From IMG/VR virus record IMGVR_UViG_3300012948_000011, positions 1 to 34,032 of that record: DNA of 34,032 nt. One strand, written 5' to 3'. The DNA is from a virus (taxonomy: Duplodnaviria; Caudoviricetes). Positions within the stretch are counted from its first letter, which is position 1. Every line of letters starts with the position of its first letter. Of this stretch, positions 25,991 through 33,757 are shown one piece after another. The position numbers and the translations under genes are program-made. The notes beneath the pieces are model-generated. The model worked only from the letters and a program-made list of their open reading frames with translations, did no database searches and was not told the DNA's origin.

Positions 25991-26848
25991 ATGGCTTCTC
26001 TCATTCCCTCCACTGTTCCGCTCCTCCCTGGTGGGACGACCACCACGCCAGGGGCTGGCGCCGGGAACCCGGGCACACCGAGCGCCGTGACCGGCAGCGG
26101 ACTCGCGCCGGGCATGACGCCGATCGATCCCACGAAGGATCTCCGGAACGTGCAGATCACGCCGGGGGCGATGCTCGATCGCTTTGGGCTGGCGCAGCAG
26201 CAGTTCGATACGTTCGCGAACTCCACGAGCCCGCAGTATCAGGCGGCGCTGCGCGATGCCACGCGATCGGCAGCCGGCGCGGGGCGACTCGGCTCGGGGA
26301 TGTTGCGCACGAGCTACGGGGATCTCGCCAATCAGCGCAACTTGCAGCTCGACACGCAGCGGGAAAATCTGTTTCAGAACGCACTCCTCGGCAGCGTGAA
26401 CGATGCGCAGACGCAGTTTGAAGATCTCTTACGCTCGCAGAATCAGTTGTCCGGGATGCAGAATCAGGCATTCAATCAGGGCGTCACGTCGGCTGACTTG
26501 CAGGAGCGGTTGACGAGCGGCGCGTTCAGCCGCGCACTCCAACAGCTCGGGGCGGGCAACCAGGGGAACCCGGCCGAGACGGAACTGACACTCTCGAAGA
26601 TCTTCGGCGATCAATCGAGCGCGGCGGGATCGGCGTTGTCTGGGTTGTTGCAGAGTGTCATGAGCGACGGCGGCCAGACGGATACGTTGCTCCGGCAAAT
26701 TCTGGCGAATCAGCAGCGACCGACCGACACGGTACTTCCGCAGGGAACGGCTGGCACGGGGACGGGGACGTTCACCTTCCCAACGGTGTCGCCGTTCCCA
26801 ACGAATACGCGGCCAGTGTTCGATCCGTCCAATCCGACCACGTACTGA
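25991..26848 (+). CDS. Putative ejection protein
   Basis: GAGG RBS; AAGAGRLGSG motif; Gln-rich helices. Confidence 0.65.
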   Translation: MASLIPSTVPLLPGGTTTTPGAGAGNPGTPSAVTGSGLAPGMTPIDPTKDLRNVQITPGAMLDRFGLAQQQFDTFANSTSPQYQAALRDATRSAAGAGRLGSGMLRTSYGDLANQRNLQLDTQRENLFQNALLGSVNDAQTQFEDLLRSQNQLSGMQNQAFNQGVTSADLQERLTSGAFSRALQQLGAGNQGNPAETELTLSKIFGDQSSAAGSALSGLLQSVMSDGGQTDTLLRQILANQQRPTDTVLPQGTAGTGTGTFTFPTVSPFPTNTRPVFDPSNPTTY

Positions 26849-26849
26849 T

Positions 26850-27956
26850 ATGGGCTTCTTTGACGCGTTGGCCTCGTTCGCGCCCGGCATCACCGCCGCC
26901 TCGCAAGGGCTGACCGGTGCGTTGCAGGGTGTGCAGCAGCGCCGCAAGCAGGAGCGCGACGATGCCATGGCGATGATCCAGCAGATGCGGCAGGCGCGCT
27001 TGGATCAGCAGCAGCAGTTGATGAACGAGTCGCTCATCCAGGAGCGGAACTCCCAGGCGCAGCTCCGGCAGTCGCAGCTCAACTCGCGCCGCCGCGCGTA
27101 CGAATTTCTCGCCGGGAAAGATCCCGAGATCGCAAAGGCTGGGTACGACGAGAACATGCCGTACGACACGATGCTCAAGGATTTCATCGATTCGGAGCGG
27201 AAGACGCGGGAGTTCAACCAGTCGCAGAAGGGAAATTTCCTCGCGGGCAAGAGTCTCTACGCCAACGAGCCAGAGTATCAGGGCGTGGCCGAGCCAATGG
27301 CGGGTGTGGACTACGGCGATGTCAATGCGGGAATCAAAACGCGGCGGCAGCAGAAATTCACGGAAGACCAGAACGCCATCCGCGAGGCCAATCGGGATGC
27401 GCGCTTGGGCCGGTCGCTCGCGCAGGGGCTGGCCCTCGCGATGAAGCCGACGGCCGGGACGCAGGAAGCGATGCTCGATGTGAAGCCCGCGTACGGCATG
27501 ATCGACAATTTGGAAAGCACGACGAATCAGTTTCTGAAAATGCCGCTCGCCCAGCGCGCGCGGGCGCTGACGCCTGGCATCGCAACGCCAGAGCACGATG
27601 CGCTCATCGGAACGATGGAAGCACAGAAAACGGTGTTGATCGAATCGATCGCAAAGCTCGGCGGGCTCGGCGTGTTGCAGCCATCCGATATCGTCTTCTT
27701 GAAAGGGCTGGTCGGCGATGCGACGAGTCCCCAGGCGATGCTCCGCAGCCCGGGATACACGACGAGTCGGTTCAAGGCGATCCGCCAATACATCCAGGCC
27801 AAGGAGCAAGCGATCCGCACGCAGTATCCGGGGCGGTTCGCACCGCAGGCGCCGACGACACCCACGACCCCAACGACGCCGCCAGCCGGTGGTGGCGGTA
27901 GCGCGATCGATGATGAGATCACGCGAATGATCAACAAGCATCGTCCAAAGTCATGA
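26850..27956 (+). CDS. Putative ejection protein (368 aa)
   Basis: Hydrophobic N-terminus then Gln-rich coiled coil; position. Confidence 0.65.
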   Translation: MGFFDALASFAPGITAASQGLTGALQGVQQRRKQERDDAMAMIQQMRQARLDQQQQLMNESLIQERNSQAQLRQSQLNSRRRAYEFLAGKDPEIAKAGYDENMPYDTMLKDFIDSERKTREFNQSQKGNFLAGKSLYANEPEYQGVAEPMAGVDYGDVNAGIKTRRQQKFTEDQNAIREANRDARLGRSLAQGLALAMKPTAGTQEAMLDVKPAYGMIDNLESTTNQFLKMPLAQRARALTPGIATPEHDALIGTMEAQKTVLIESIAKLGGLGVLQPSDIVFLKGLVGDATSPQAMLRSPGYTTSRFKAIRQYIQAKEQAIRTQYPGRFAPQAPTTPTTPTTPPAGGGGSAIDDEITRMINKHRPKS

Positions 27957-28987
27957 CTGCGCCGAACACCCAGCAGCACGACGATGAGGAGCAGTTGCGA
28001 GCCGGTGTCCGTCGTCTCATCGAGGCGAAGGTCCCCGAGGAGGAGATTGCGGCATTCATTCAGCGTCATGCGCGTCGCGCGCCCACGCTTGGCGAGAAGA
28101 TCAGCGGCACCTTCGGATCGCTCTTTCCGATCGGCTCGGCGGGTGAATCGTTGCAGGCCGGGGTCCGCATGGTGGGCTCGCGCATCCCGATTCTCAATCA
28201 ACGGACGGGCGGGCCGCAGAACTTCCGTGAGGCGCTGGCAGACATTCAGGCGGCGAAGCGCGATGCTCCGGCGCTGGCGCGTGGGGCGGCGGGGTTAGTT
28301 GGACAAGGTGTCCAAGCGGCGGCCCTGCCGGGTAGCGTCGTCACGCAGGGATTGCTCTCCGGTGCATTGGAAGGGTTGGGTGGCTCCGAGCGGGACTGGA
28401 CGGACGCGCAGGGACGCGTGTCCGATGCGGTGGGGCACGCCGTGACCAATGCGATTCTGGGGAAGACACTCGAAGGCGTCAGCGGCGGCGTGCGTTCAGG
28501 TGGGCAACGACTCGCGAGTACGGCGAAGCGCGTGTTCGGGCGGGAGGCTCAGGGCGCGGCGGCGGCAGCAGAAAACGTGGGCGGGGATGTCGCCGAGCAG
28601 GTGGCACGTGGCGGCGTCAGTCGCGCCAGTCGTGCGGAGCGCCGGGCGGCGCTCGAAGCGATCAAGAAGATGGCACCGGAAGAGGCTCGCGCGGCTCGCG
28701 CTGGATATCTCGACGAGATGGCGGGACAGCTCGGCCGATCGCTCATCCCGCACGGACTCGAAGGCGGAGCGGGGATTCTCGCGCTCACGCATCCGGAATT
28801 CCTGAATCCGAAACTCGCTGGCGTGCTCGCACTTCGTCGCCTGGTCACCACGACCGGCCGCGCGGCGGGTCCGCTGCGTGCGCTTGATGAGGCAGCCGGT
28901 GGTGTTCAGCTACAGGATCTCGCGAACCTGTTAGGGATATCGCTCGGGAGTCCGGTGAGCCGTGCTCTACAATCGCCTGGCGAATAG
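27953..28987 (+). CDS. Putative ejection protein (344 aa)
   Basis: ATGA coupling; Ala/Gly-rich; last gene of the rightward operon. Confidence 0.65.
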   Translation: MTAPNTQQHDDEEQLRAGVRRLIEAKVPEEEIAAFIQRHARRAPTLGEKISGTFGSLFPIGSAGESLQAGVRMVGSRIPILNQRTGGPQNFREALADIQAAKRDAPALARGAAGLVGQGVQAAALPGSVVTQGLLSGALEGLGGSERDWTDAQGRVSDAVGHAVTNAILGKTLEGVSGGVRSGGQRLASTAKRVFGREAQGAAAAAENVGGDVAEQVARGGVSRASRAERRAALEAIKKMAPEEARAARAGYLDEMAGQLGRSLIPHGLEGGAGILALTHPEFLNPKLAGVLALRRLVTTTGRAAGPLRALDEAAGGVQLQDLANLLGISLGSPVSRALQSPGE

Positions 28988-29116
28988 CCGTCGGATCGCC
29001 GCCAAGGATGGTTCGAGAATGAAGCCGTAGACTGCGCCGATGAGTGCACCGACAACGAGGGCTGCAACCCCGAGAAGACCGACGGCGAGCAGAACGTTGA
29101 GAAAAAGATCAATCAT
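28967..29116 (-). CDS. 49-aa single-pass membrane protein (absent from the ORF track)
   Basis: MIDLFLNVLLAVGLLGVAALVVGALIGAVYGFILEPSLAAIRRLFARRL; AGGA RBS plus the conserved leader motif. Confidence 0.75.
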   Translation of the reverse strand: MIDLFLNVLLAVGLLGVAALVVGALIGAVYGFILEPSLAAIRRLFARRL

Positions 29117-29125
29117 GGAATCCTA

Positions 29126-29140
29126 CTGGAAAGGTGATCC
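29126..29140 (-). promoter_or_regulatory. Conserved 5'-UTR motif GGATCACCTTTCCAG (copy 5)
   Basis: Same motif and spacing to the ATG as in the leftward operon. Confidence 0.7.
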
Positions 29141-29213
29141 TCAAATGTACGGCAAGGACCATTGCGATGGTAGGGAGCGGATGTAATCCTGGTGACAAGG
29201 TGCCACGTGACAC

Positions 29214-29229
29214 GGTTAGATCGGTAACC
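29214..29229. promoter_or_regulatory. Operator-like palindrome GGTTAGATCGGTAACC
   Basis: In a divergent intergenic region just upstream of the candidate promoter. Confidence 0.65.
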
Positions 29230-29242
29230 CTCTAAAAAAGTA

Positions 29243-29270
29243 TTGCGATCTACCGGCAACGTATTACTGT
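29243..29270 (+). promoter_or_regulatory. Candidate sigma70-type promoter (TTGCGA-N16-TACTGT)
   Basis: Preceded by an A-tract; upstream of the recombination operon. Confidence 0.45.
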
Positions 29271-29322
29271 GAGCCCTCGCCCGCTGCAGTGACGCGGCTG
29301 CGCGCGCGGTGTAAAGGGACGA

Positions 29323-30252
29323 ATGGTGCAGAGTGGGTTAGCGATGGCGACCACTTTAATGCCGGACCCGACCGTCGAGCTGCGCGAGCGATTTGCTCGA
29401 TTGGCGGCAGCGACACCACGAGAAGAACAACACTGGCGCGCGGCCGCTGCGCCCTTCGAGGTTCGCGGCGAATACGTCGCGTTCTACGTTGTGTTCGTGA
29501 ACGTGGAACACGTGCGCGACGTGCTGGACCGTGAGTTCATGGGCGCGTGGACCGTCGTGTTTGGTCCGCCACTCGAGCGGCGAGACACGAGCGGCAAGCT
29601 CGAGAAGGTCGTCATGAAGGCGACCCTGACGGTAGCCGGCGTCATCCGCGAAGCCTTCGGCAGCGGGAAAGACGAGAAGGCTGCCGAGAGCGATGCGCTC
29701 AAACGAGCGGCCCGTCATTTCGGAGTCGCCAACGACCTATACCGGTTCGATAAAAACTACGTGCCGGTGGATGGCCCGCAGCGCGGCGCGCGGCCGAAGA
29801 TCGATCCTGGTGAGTATTACTGGCGGACGCAGGCGCGAAAGGGGAAGGCGACGACGACCCCAGCTGAACCGGAGCGCGGCGGGTCAGCCGCCCCATCACC
29901 CCGAGTCGATGCGGGTGGACCACCACCCGGCTCCGCAGCACCGCCGCCTGTGCGCCGCACCGCCGCGTCCTCGCCGCCGCCACCGGCCCCATCACAGAAG
30001 TCTGAATTCACGTACGCGCCGGTCCCATGTCCGACATGCAAGTCACGAATGTGGGACAACAGACTCAACCGACGGCCGAACTCCCCGGCGTTCCGGTGCA
30101 CGCGATGGAAGAGCCATGGATGTACCGGCGTGGTTTGGGCGGACCAGCTCGCAGCGCTCGGGCTCTCCGAGACACCCGACGCGCCCGCCACGGTACCGGA
30201 TGATGGATTTCCGCCACCGCTCGTTGACGAAGTAGACGATTTGCCATTCTGA
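29323..30252 (+). CDS. Rad52/Rad22-family (Sak-like) single-strand annealing protein with C-terminal zinc ribbon and DDLPF tail
   Basis: VRDVLD..W, KATLTV..REAFG, KAAESDALKRAARHFGVANDLY; CPTC..MWDNR..FRC..C; start may be 29323, 29344 or 29359. Confidence 0.88.
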   Translation: MVQSGLAMATTLMPDPTVELRERFARLAAATPREEQHWRAAAAPFEVRGEYVAFYVVFVNVEHVRDVLDREFMGAWTVVFGPPLERRDTSGKLEKVVMKATLTVAGVIREAFGSGKDEKAAESDALKRAARHFGVANDLYRFDKNYVPVDGPQRGARPKIDPGEYYWRTQARKGKATTTPAEPERGGSAAPSPRVDAGGPPPGSAAPPPVRRTAASSPPPPAPSQKSEFTYAPVPCPTCKSRMWDNRLNRRPNSPAFRCTRWKSHGCTGVVWADQLAALGLSETPDAPATVPDDGFPPPLVDEVDDLPF

Positions 30253-30269
30253 AAAATTCTGAGCCGACG

Positions 30270-30521
30270 ATGGACAGCAGCGAGAATGAAGTCCGAACGC
30301 CGATCACGTTCCCGCGAGAAGCGGTCGTCGATCGCACGCAATTGGCGGCGGCCCTCGGGACCGACGTGGACAAGATTACGGGGCTGGATTTGCCGTGCTT
30401 CTACGTGGGAGCGCGCGCGCGCTATGTTTGGGGTGAAGTGCTCGATGTACTCATCGAGCGCTCCCACCCCGATGCGCAACCGCATCGCCACACCTTTCCA
30501 CGTAGGAAACGCGCCCAATGA
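30270..30521 (+). CDS. Excisionase-like small DNA-binding protein
   Basis: VDRTQLAAALGT..LP...VG..ARY pattern; directly upstream of the integrase. Confidence 0.6.
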   Translation: MDSSENEVRTPITFPREAVVDRTQLAAALGTDVDKITGLDLPCFYVGARARYVWGEVLDVLIERSHPDAQPHRHTFPRRKRAQ

Positions 30522-31588
30522 GTAGCGAGACCCGGATCGATCTGGTGTTTCCCGGTGTCGGGCGGATCAACCGCCGCATCACCGCGAACCCGAAAGTCAT
30601 CAAACGCATCAAGCTGATGTTGTACACGCTGATCGAGGACGGGCGGCTCGACGTCGTCCGCGCGATCCGCGACAAACACGTGGGCTTCTTGGAAGTGTAC
30701 GACGCCTACCAGCGCAAGGCGCTGGAGCAGTTACCGATCGGCGATACGATGCCGATGCTCGAAACGGCGCTCGCGGCGTGGATCGAGAATACGCGCAGCG
30801 AATACTCCGCGAACCACACGGCCAATCTGTTGTCGATGATGCGGAAGTTCGCCGAATTCCGGCCGAAGGCGCGGGTGGCGGATATTGCCGACGTGCTCGA
30901 GAAACTGCGCGAGTCGCCCTACGCGATGGCGCATGCGCGCCAGTTCAACTACTACCGGGCGGGCTCGCTCGCGTTCGTCCGCTCGACGCTCAAGAAGAGC
31001 CATCCATTGTGGCTCGCGTGCTCGGCCGTGGAAATGCGCAAGGTGACGCGGGCGCCGGAGCGTCGGAAGCCGCTCGAGCCCAAGGAATTCGCCGAGCTGT
31101 TCCCGGTGCCGGACACGGATTTCATCGATGCCATTTCCTGGACCATGGTGACCAGTGGGATGCACCAGAAAGAATACTGGGGCCAGTGGGAGACGCGGCG
31201 CGACCGGATTCACATCCGGGGCACGAAGCGCGACGGGCGCGTGCGGGACATTCCATTGCTACGTGCGCCAGTGGTGCCGCCGTGCTCGCGCGACTGGTTC
31301 GAGAAGTCATTCCGCGAGCGCCATCGTGGCGTCATCACGCCGTACGATCTCCGCCGCACCTACTCGCGCTGGATGGAGCTGTCTGGCATCCCGCGCACGC
31401 GCCGTAAGCTGTACATGGGGCACGGCGCGAGCGACGTGACCGATCTCTACGAGTTCCATGAAGTCGAGGCGTTTCTTGTGGAGGACGCGAAGCGGTTGCG
31501 CGCGTACTGCGAGACGCAGGTCCCCGAGCTTTTCAAACGTCCCCCGGAAAGTCCCCCCATCAGTCCCCCCACCCTTCTCGTTGGCTGA
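30518..31588 (+). CDS. int: Tyrosine recombinase / integrase (divergent active site)
   Basis: GTKR, YDLRRTY, YMGH and TDLY motifs; adjacent tRNA-derived att core. Confidence 0.85.
   Translation: MSSETRIDLVFPGVGRINRRITANPKVIKRIKLMLYTLIEDGRLDVVRAIRDKHVGFLEVYDAYQRKALEQLPIGDTMPMLETALAAWIENTRSEYSANHTANLLSMMRKFAEFRPKARVADIADVLEKLRESPYAMAHARQFNYYRAGSLAFVRSTLKKSHPLWLACSAVEMRKVTRAPERRKPLEPKEFAELFPVPDTDFIDAISWTMVTSGMHQKEYWGQWETRRDRIHIRGTKRDGRVRDIPLLRAPVVPPCSRDWFEKSFRERHRGVITPYDLRRTYSRWMELSGIPRTRRKLYMGHGASDVTDLYEFHEVEAFLVEDAKRLRAYCETQVPELFKRPPESPPISPPTLLVG
31539..31570 (+). repeat. Three 12-bp-period GTCCCCC repeats (integrase arm-type sites, left)
   Basis: GTCCCCCGGAAA / GTCCCCCCATCA / GTCCCCCC; the first unit recurs exactly at 31740-31751. 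Confidence 0.65.
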
Positions 31589-31624
31589 GTGACCATGGCC
31601 TCGCAAGTCGTTGTCCTACAAGGA

Positions 31625-31670
31625 GCTGGGGCGACTGGATTCGAACCAGTAACATCCCGATTAACAGTCG
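31625..31670 (-). mobile_element. attP core: 3' half of tRNA-Asn(GTT)
   Basis: CGA CT GTT AA TCGGG ATGTT ACTGG TTCGAAT CCAGT CGCCCCA G C: anticodon loop, T arm, acceptor 3' strand and G discriminator; no D arm or 5' acceptor strand upstream. Confidence 0.88.
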
Positions 31671-31739
31671 CGAAGAATAGCCCTTGCAACGACTTAGAGG
31701 CCCCCCAGACCCCCGAGAATGACCTAGTTTCGCCTCGTT

Positions 31740-31760
31740 GTCCCCCGGAAATCCCCCCGG
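31740..31760 (+). repeat. GTCCCCCGGAAA / TCCCCCCGG repeats (arm-type sites, right)
   Basis: Direct repeats of the left-arm motif on the other side of the core. Confidence 0.65.
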
Positions 31761-31837
31761 TTTTTCACCCGCCTCACGGGGGCATTTCTGACGACGAACG
31801 CTATCTCCGGGATGGGCGTCGGCGCCGCCGAAAGTAC

Positions 31838-32191
31838 GTGCCGCCGACGCCTGAACGTCAGCTCGAATTGGAAGCGATGTGGGAAGCATATGCCGACGGC
31901 GCGAGCGCTGAAGAAGTTGGCGCGGCGTTCGGCGACATCAGCAAACAAGCGGTTTTGGAATCATTCCACCGGCACGGGTTTGCCACGCGCGTTGGCGCGC
32001 CGCGACCCGATCCGGTGCGTCAGCTCGCGCGCATCGAGTACGCCGTCGAGCTGTACGACGCCGGCACACCGGTCATTCAGATCGCCGCTGAAATGCGGCT
32101 CTCGAGAAATCGAACGTACGAATTGATTCGCGAAGGCGGCCGTACGCCGATGCGCGATCGTCGCGCACGTGAGGCGAAACATGCCGTCTGA
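31838..32191 (+). CDS. Protein with two HTH motifs
   Basis: GASAEEVGAAFGDISKQAV and GTPVIQIAAEMRLSRNRTYELI; start uncertain (frame open from 31589). Confidence 0.7.
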   Translation: MPPTPERQLELEAMWEAYADGASAEEVGAAFGDISKQAVLESFHRHGFATRVGAPRPDPVRQLARIEYAVELYDAGTPVIQIAAEMRLSRNRTYELIREGGRTPMRDRRAREAKHAV

Positions 32192-32405
32192 CTTCACAGC
32201 GCCCGACTTCATGTGGTTCGATCGCGTGCGTGTGGCCATCGAGTCCGGTGATGCTGCCGATCTCAAAACGCTCTCCATGATCGCCGCCTCGCTGCTCGAT
32301 CTCAAACGCGAGATGGCGCCGGCCGACTGGGAACGGCTCTACCAAAACTTGAGTGAGAAAATGGACGTGCAACCAAAACGGGTGCTCGCCCTGATCAACG
32401 ATTGA
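32181..32405 (+). CDS. Hypothetical protein (74 aa)
   Basis: GAGG RBS before ATG 32181. Confidence 0.7.
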   Translation: MPSDFTAPDFMWFDRVRVAIESGDAADLKTLSMIAASLLDLKREMAPADWERLYQNLSEKMDVQPKRVLALIND

Positions 32406-32738
32406 TCCGGTTTCTGACACCGTTTCCGGCGGCATGAAGTCGCGTCACGCCACAAAAACGGGACGAGCAGTGAGGCAAACAACAATCAAATCCGGGCAAC
32501 GCCCACGGCTGCGACCCGGTCCGTCACAGCGGCCTCATTGTCGCAGGACCTGCACGTCGGCAGGCACCAACCTCCAAGGGCGCCATAACGGAAACGACAC
32601 CCGTTTGCGGAAGGAGCGGTGAACGACGGACACGCGGCGTAGGGCAGGCCAGTACCCCAGTGACGGGAATGCCGGTGCTCAGGATTGAAGTGACAAAGGC
32701 TTCTCACGGTTAGAGCTGTAACCGAAAGTCCACCGGAT
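32405..32738 (+). ncRNA. Candidate large structured non-coding RNA (about 334 nt), class unknown
   Basis: Nested helices close the whole intergenic region (see findings); several G-U pairs favour the + strand. Confidence 0.55.
32708..32723. promoter_or_regulatory. Operator-like palindrome GGTTAGAGCTGTAACC
   Basis: CGGTTA..TAACCG dyad upstream of ATG 32745. Confidence 0.65.
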
Positions 32739-32744
32739 GTCCAC

Positions 32745-32942
32745 ATGTCCACGTGCTTCACGTGCGGCGCTCGAGAGCGCGTCGTGCCGGTGATGCGGCC
32801 GGTGCTGGACGACAAGGGCGAACCGATTTTCGTGATGGATCCAGAGCTGAACGAACCGGTCCCCAAGATGGAGGAGATCGGCTACCGGATGGTGATGGAG
32901 CACGACCCGATCAAACACGGCATCAAGCAGTACGGGAGGTGA
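32745..32942 (+). CDS. Hypothetical protein (65 aa)
   Basis: CxxC N-terminus; operon context. Confidence 0.65.
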   Translation: MSTCFTCGARERVVPVMRPVLDDKGEPIFVMDPELNEPVPKMEEIGYRMVMEHDPIKHGIKQYGR

Positions 32943-32945
32943 CCC

Positions 32946-33152
32946 ATGCCGACGCAGGAATTCATCGGCGGTCCATGGGACGGATCGATCGAGGCGCCAC
33001 GCGAATGGGACGGCCGGTGGAAGGTCTCGATGTCCGGCGACCAGTGCACCGTGTTCGTGCACGGCGATAAGGGCGCCGTCATCGGCACGTACGAAGTGCA
33101 GCGCACGCCGCCCTACGGGTGGTCGTGGCAGAGGACGGAACATGACGACTGA
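32946..33152 (+). CDS. Hypothetical protein (68 aa)
   Basis: GGAGGT RBS; FIGGPWDG motif common in small phage proteins. Confidence 0.75.
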   Translation: MPTQEFIGGPWDGSIEAPREWDGRWKVSMSGDQCTVFVHGDKGAVIGTYEVQRTPPYGWSWQRTEHDD

Positions 33153-33420
33153 TATCATCACGCCGAAATTCCCGCTCGCGAAGATGATGGCCTTCGCGAA
33201 GTACTCAGAGAAGATGGCGCAGGCCTGGAACGCCAGCTCGAGTCAGGGCCGGCGTGGGCGTAACAGCATGAACAGCCGCGCCGACATGATCCACGCCGCG
33301 ATCGAGAGCTACAAGGCGCTGGCCGAGGAGAACGCCACGCTCGCTGCAGAGAACGAGCAGCTCAAACGGAAATGCCACGTGCTCGAGTATGGCGCCGCGC
33401 CGGGCGGATACACGGACTGA
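33142..33420 (+). CDS. Hypothetical coiled-coil protein
   Basis: GAGGA RBS; overlaps its neighbours. Confidence 0.65.
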   Translation: MTTDIITPKFPLAKMMAFAKYSEKMAQAWNASSSQGRRGRNSMNSRADMIHAAIESYKALAEENATLAAENEQLKRKCHVLEYGAAPGGYTD

Positions 33421-33757
33421 GAAGCAGGTCGAGCGCGCCGGAGACGAGCTGATGGCGAGCGTCTTCGGCGACGACCGGGATTTCAAGATCGTGCGCCTCT
33501 CACAGTCTCGCGCGACGATGCAGACGCCCGGCATCCCTGATCGGCGCTACTACATGCCCAAGCGCCGCATGGCGGTGTGGTGGGAGGCCAAGACTGCGAT
33601 CGGCCGTCCGAGCGCCTTCCAGGTGGCATTCCGCGCGACGTGCGAAGCGTGCGGCGAGGAGTACGTGCTCGGCACGGATGAAGCGCTTACGGACTGGCTC
33701 GTGGGGAAGGGGATCGTCGAGCGCCTGCCGAATGGGCTGCGCGTGAATCGCGCGTAG
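33389..33757 (+). CDS. VRR-NUC (PD-(D/E)xK) nuclease
   Basis: TEKQV, PGIPD, WWEAKT..GRPS..Q motifs. Confidence 0.8.
   Translation: MAPRRADTRTEKQVERAGDELMASVFGDDRDFKIVRLSQSRATMQTPGIPDRRYYMPKRRMAVWWEAKTAIGRPSAFQVAFRATCEACGEEYVLGTDEALTDWLVGKGIVERLPNGLRVNRA

Noticed and set aside
31625-31700. Functional tRNA-Asn gene
   Set aside because: Only the 3' half is present; no D arm or 5' acceptor strand, and only 3 bp of the anticodon stem pair. Treated as the att core.
31589-31837. N-terminal part of the 200-aa ORF crossing attP
   Set aside because: It translates the att core and arm repeats and is probably fortuitous; the true start is likely downstream but was not determined.
32475-32588. tmRNA, because GCA AAC AAC AAT reads ANNN like a tag peptide
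   Set aside because: No tRNA-like ends or T-loop, and the frame does not end in an ALAA-type tag.
32720-32735. RNase P RNA, suggested by GAAAGTCC
   Set aside because: The motif is at the 3' end of the region and the partner P4 strand was not found.
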